Source: Felis catus
Taxonomy: Eukaryota
Direction of reading: 5' to 3'
Assembly (NCBI RefSeq): GCF_018350175.1
Contig: NC_058373.1
Span: 108,440,001-108,504,000 of the forward strand
Length of the DNA: 64,000 bases
This document shows, in pieces, positions 62,205-64,000 of this stretch (positions are counted from its first letter, which is position 1; every line of letters begins with the position of its first letter). Position numbers and translations under genes: made by a program. The notes under the pieces are model-generated. The model was not told the DNA's origin and ran no database searches. It was given only the letters and a program-made list of their open reading frames with translations.

Positions 62205-62920
62205 TGGGCCAATCCGTCATCCATTCAAAAATGTTTACTGAGTGCTTACCATGTCCAGTACTGTATAGGCAGAAGGGATGTAGGAAAGAACAAAACGGGT
62301 GCTGCCTCTGCCCTCAAGAGCTTCCTGACTGGTAGAGGAGGGGAAACAATAGCAGACTAGGTACACAAAGGGAGAGAGAGAGTGATAGAGTTTGCTGTTG
62401 GTTGAGAAGGGTCAGAGAATGTGTCTTTGAAGTGGTGATCAAACACAGAACAAGACTGGTGACATGTGGATAAGCAAGGGTTCCAGACAGAGGGAATGGC
62501 ACATGCAGGCATCAAGAAGCGGGAAGGAGCTTGTTGTCAGGATGAGGAAAGGAGCCAGAAAGTCTGGAGTGTAGTGATGGGAGACCCAGCCACTTAAATT
62601 TTTAATAGATGTCTCAAAATTAATATCCCCAGACTTGTCTCCCTAAATCTATTCTACCTGAAGCGTTCCCATCTTGGCTAAAGGAAATTTCATTCTTTTA
62701 GTTGTGAAAAACCTTCGAAGTCATTTGTGACTTCTCTCCTTTCCACCTGAAATCCCATTGACTCTATCTTCAAACTATAACCAGAACCTAACTCTGCTGG
62801 ATTAGTGAAATGACCTCCTAGTGGCCTTCCTGCTTTGCCCCTTACAGACTATTCCCAAAACAGGGGCCAAATGAGCCTTTTAAAACATAAGCCAGATCAC
62901 GTCTCATTTCTGCTTAAGTC
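62205..62920. mobile_element. L2 fragments in both orientations
   Basis: catccattcaaaaatgtttactgagtgcttacc (antisense L2 end) and ttttaaaacataagccagatcacgtc (sense). Confidence 0.55.
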
Positions 62921-64000
62921 CCTCTTTTTTCGTAAACTCTGAGCAAAGTATGTCTGAAACCATGGAAAACAGAAGCCAGAGGAGGTCAGAAGGAACATGC
63001 ACTTGAAGGCATGAGAATAGGTATGATCACACCCCTACTTCTCTGTGCCAGGCCCTGTGCTGGGGCCACAGAGTTGAGTGGGGGAAGATGTGCCCGTGTG
63101 AAAGAACTTTAAGGTAAAAATTCTTCCATTCATCAGTTACTTGTTGAGCATGTTTACATGTCAGACATTGGTCTATGCACCAGACTGAGTGATTTGTAAG
63201 GATTCAAAATGTGATGCGAGAGGCAAGCTCTGTAGTGATAGGTGTCTTGGTGGATGCTTCTGTAGAGACACAGAGGAGGGGCGATCCTTACCCCGGACTA
63301 AGCAAATATGTCGCTGTTGGATTATCATAAACCAGACAGCTGGGGCTATATGGTACCTATCAAAACCAGCTAGCCCTATAGTTTACAAATTGTGTTTCTT
63401 GAAAGCCCAGGGCTCTACCATGGCCTGGCAAATAGGATATTTTCCTACAGATGTGAAGAGTACTTAATTCCTTTTAACGTATTTTGTTGGGGTTTTGCTA
63501 AGAAGTTTTAGGAAATGATTTAAGATGTTGAGAAGAAATTGTGAGCTAAGTCTGATGCACTGGTTTCTGGTGGAGGTGTTTCTGGTGGTTCTGGGAGGCT
63601 GGCTCCCTTGCCCTCGCAGTGCCATTGCCCACTGCATGCTTCTTGAGTAAGAGTCAACATCCTGGCCTACTTTGCTCTTCTCCTCCCTATATGTCTGGTG
63701 TATAAATGTGGGTACTTTGGAAAAGCATGTGTGTGAATAAACAGGACCGAAAGCATAGTCTCTCCCCTAGGCTCACCTGGTGCGTGCAATGTCTCTGAGA
63801 TCCACAGTCAGTGCATTGGCTTTTTTTACGAAGCAGTCATAAAAGTGCTCATTTTCAGTGTAATTCATTTCCTCAGGGGGAAAAATGTAGCATCTGGCAT
63901 ATTGCTGACAACCCTAGGAAGCAGAACTAGGGGCCAAATATTCTATGTGGTAGTAGACAGTAGTGGTCATTTCTTTTTCTAGTGAAGACAAAGTGCCTCC

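Overview
Mammalian (Carnivora, most likely felid, judged from abundant SINEC_Fc-type tRNA-Lys-derived Can-SINEs and carnivore L1 3' ends) genomic DNA inside the synaptotagmin-16 gene (SYT16, + strand). Three internal coding exons join in frame: 49814-50026, 55621-55877 and 61159-61599; the last encodes the C2A domain, which lacks most Ca2+ ligands. Bases 1-49813 are most simply the 3' part of one long intron, filled with Can-SINEs, L1, L2, MIR, MaLR/ERVL solo LTRs, DNA-transposon relics and microsatellites. I see no prokaryote-style novel system, RNA gene or CRISPR array. The most interesting signals concern splicing: a GC-AG intron whose read-through is open and followed by a poly(A) signal, a recursive-splice-like AG|GTAAGT in the long intron, a frame-preserving 69-nt candidate cassette exon, and inverted SINE pairs. 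There are also two oddly rearranged L1 insertions and a few motif- or structure-dense non-repeat intronic segments. Repeat subfamily names and the boundaries of old repeats come from visual recognition and are approximate. Comparisons with human SYT16 rely on my recollection of that protein and need checking by alignment.
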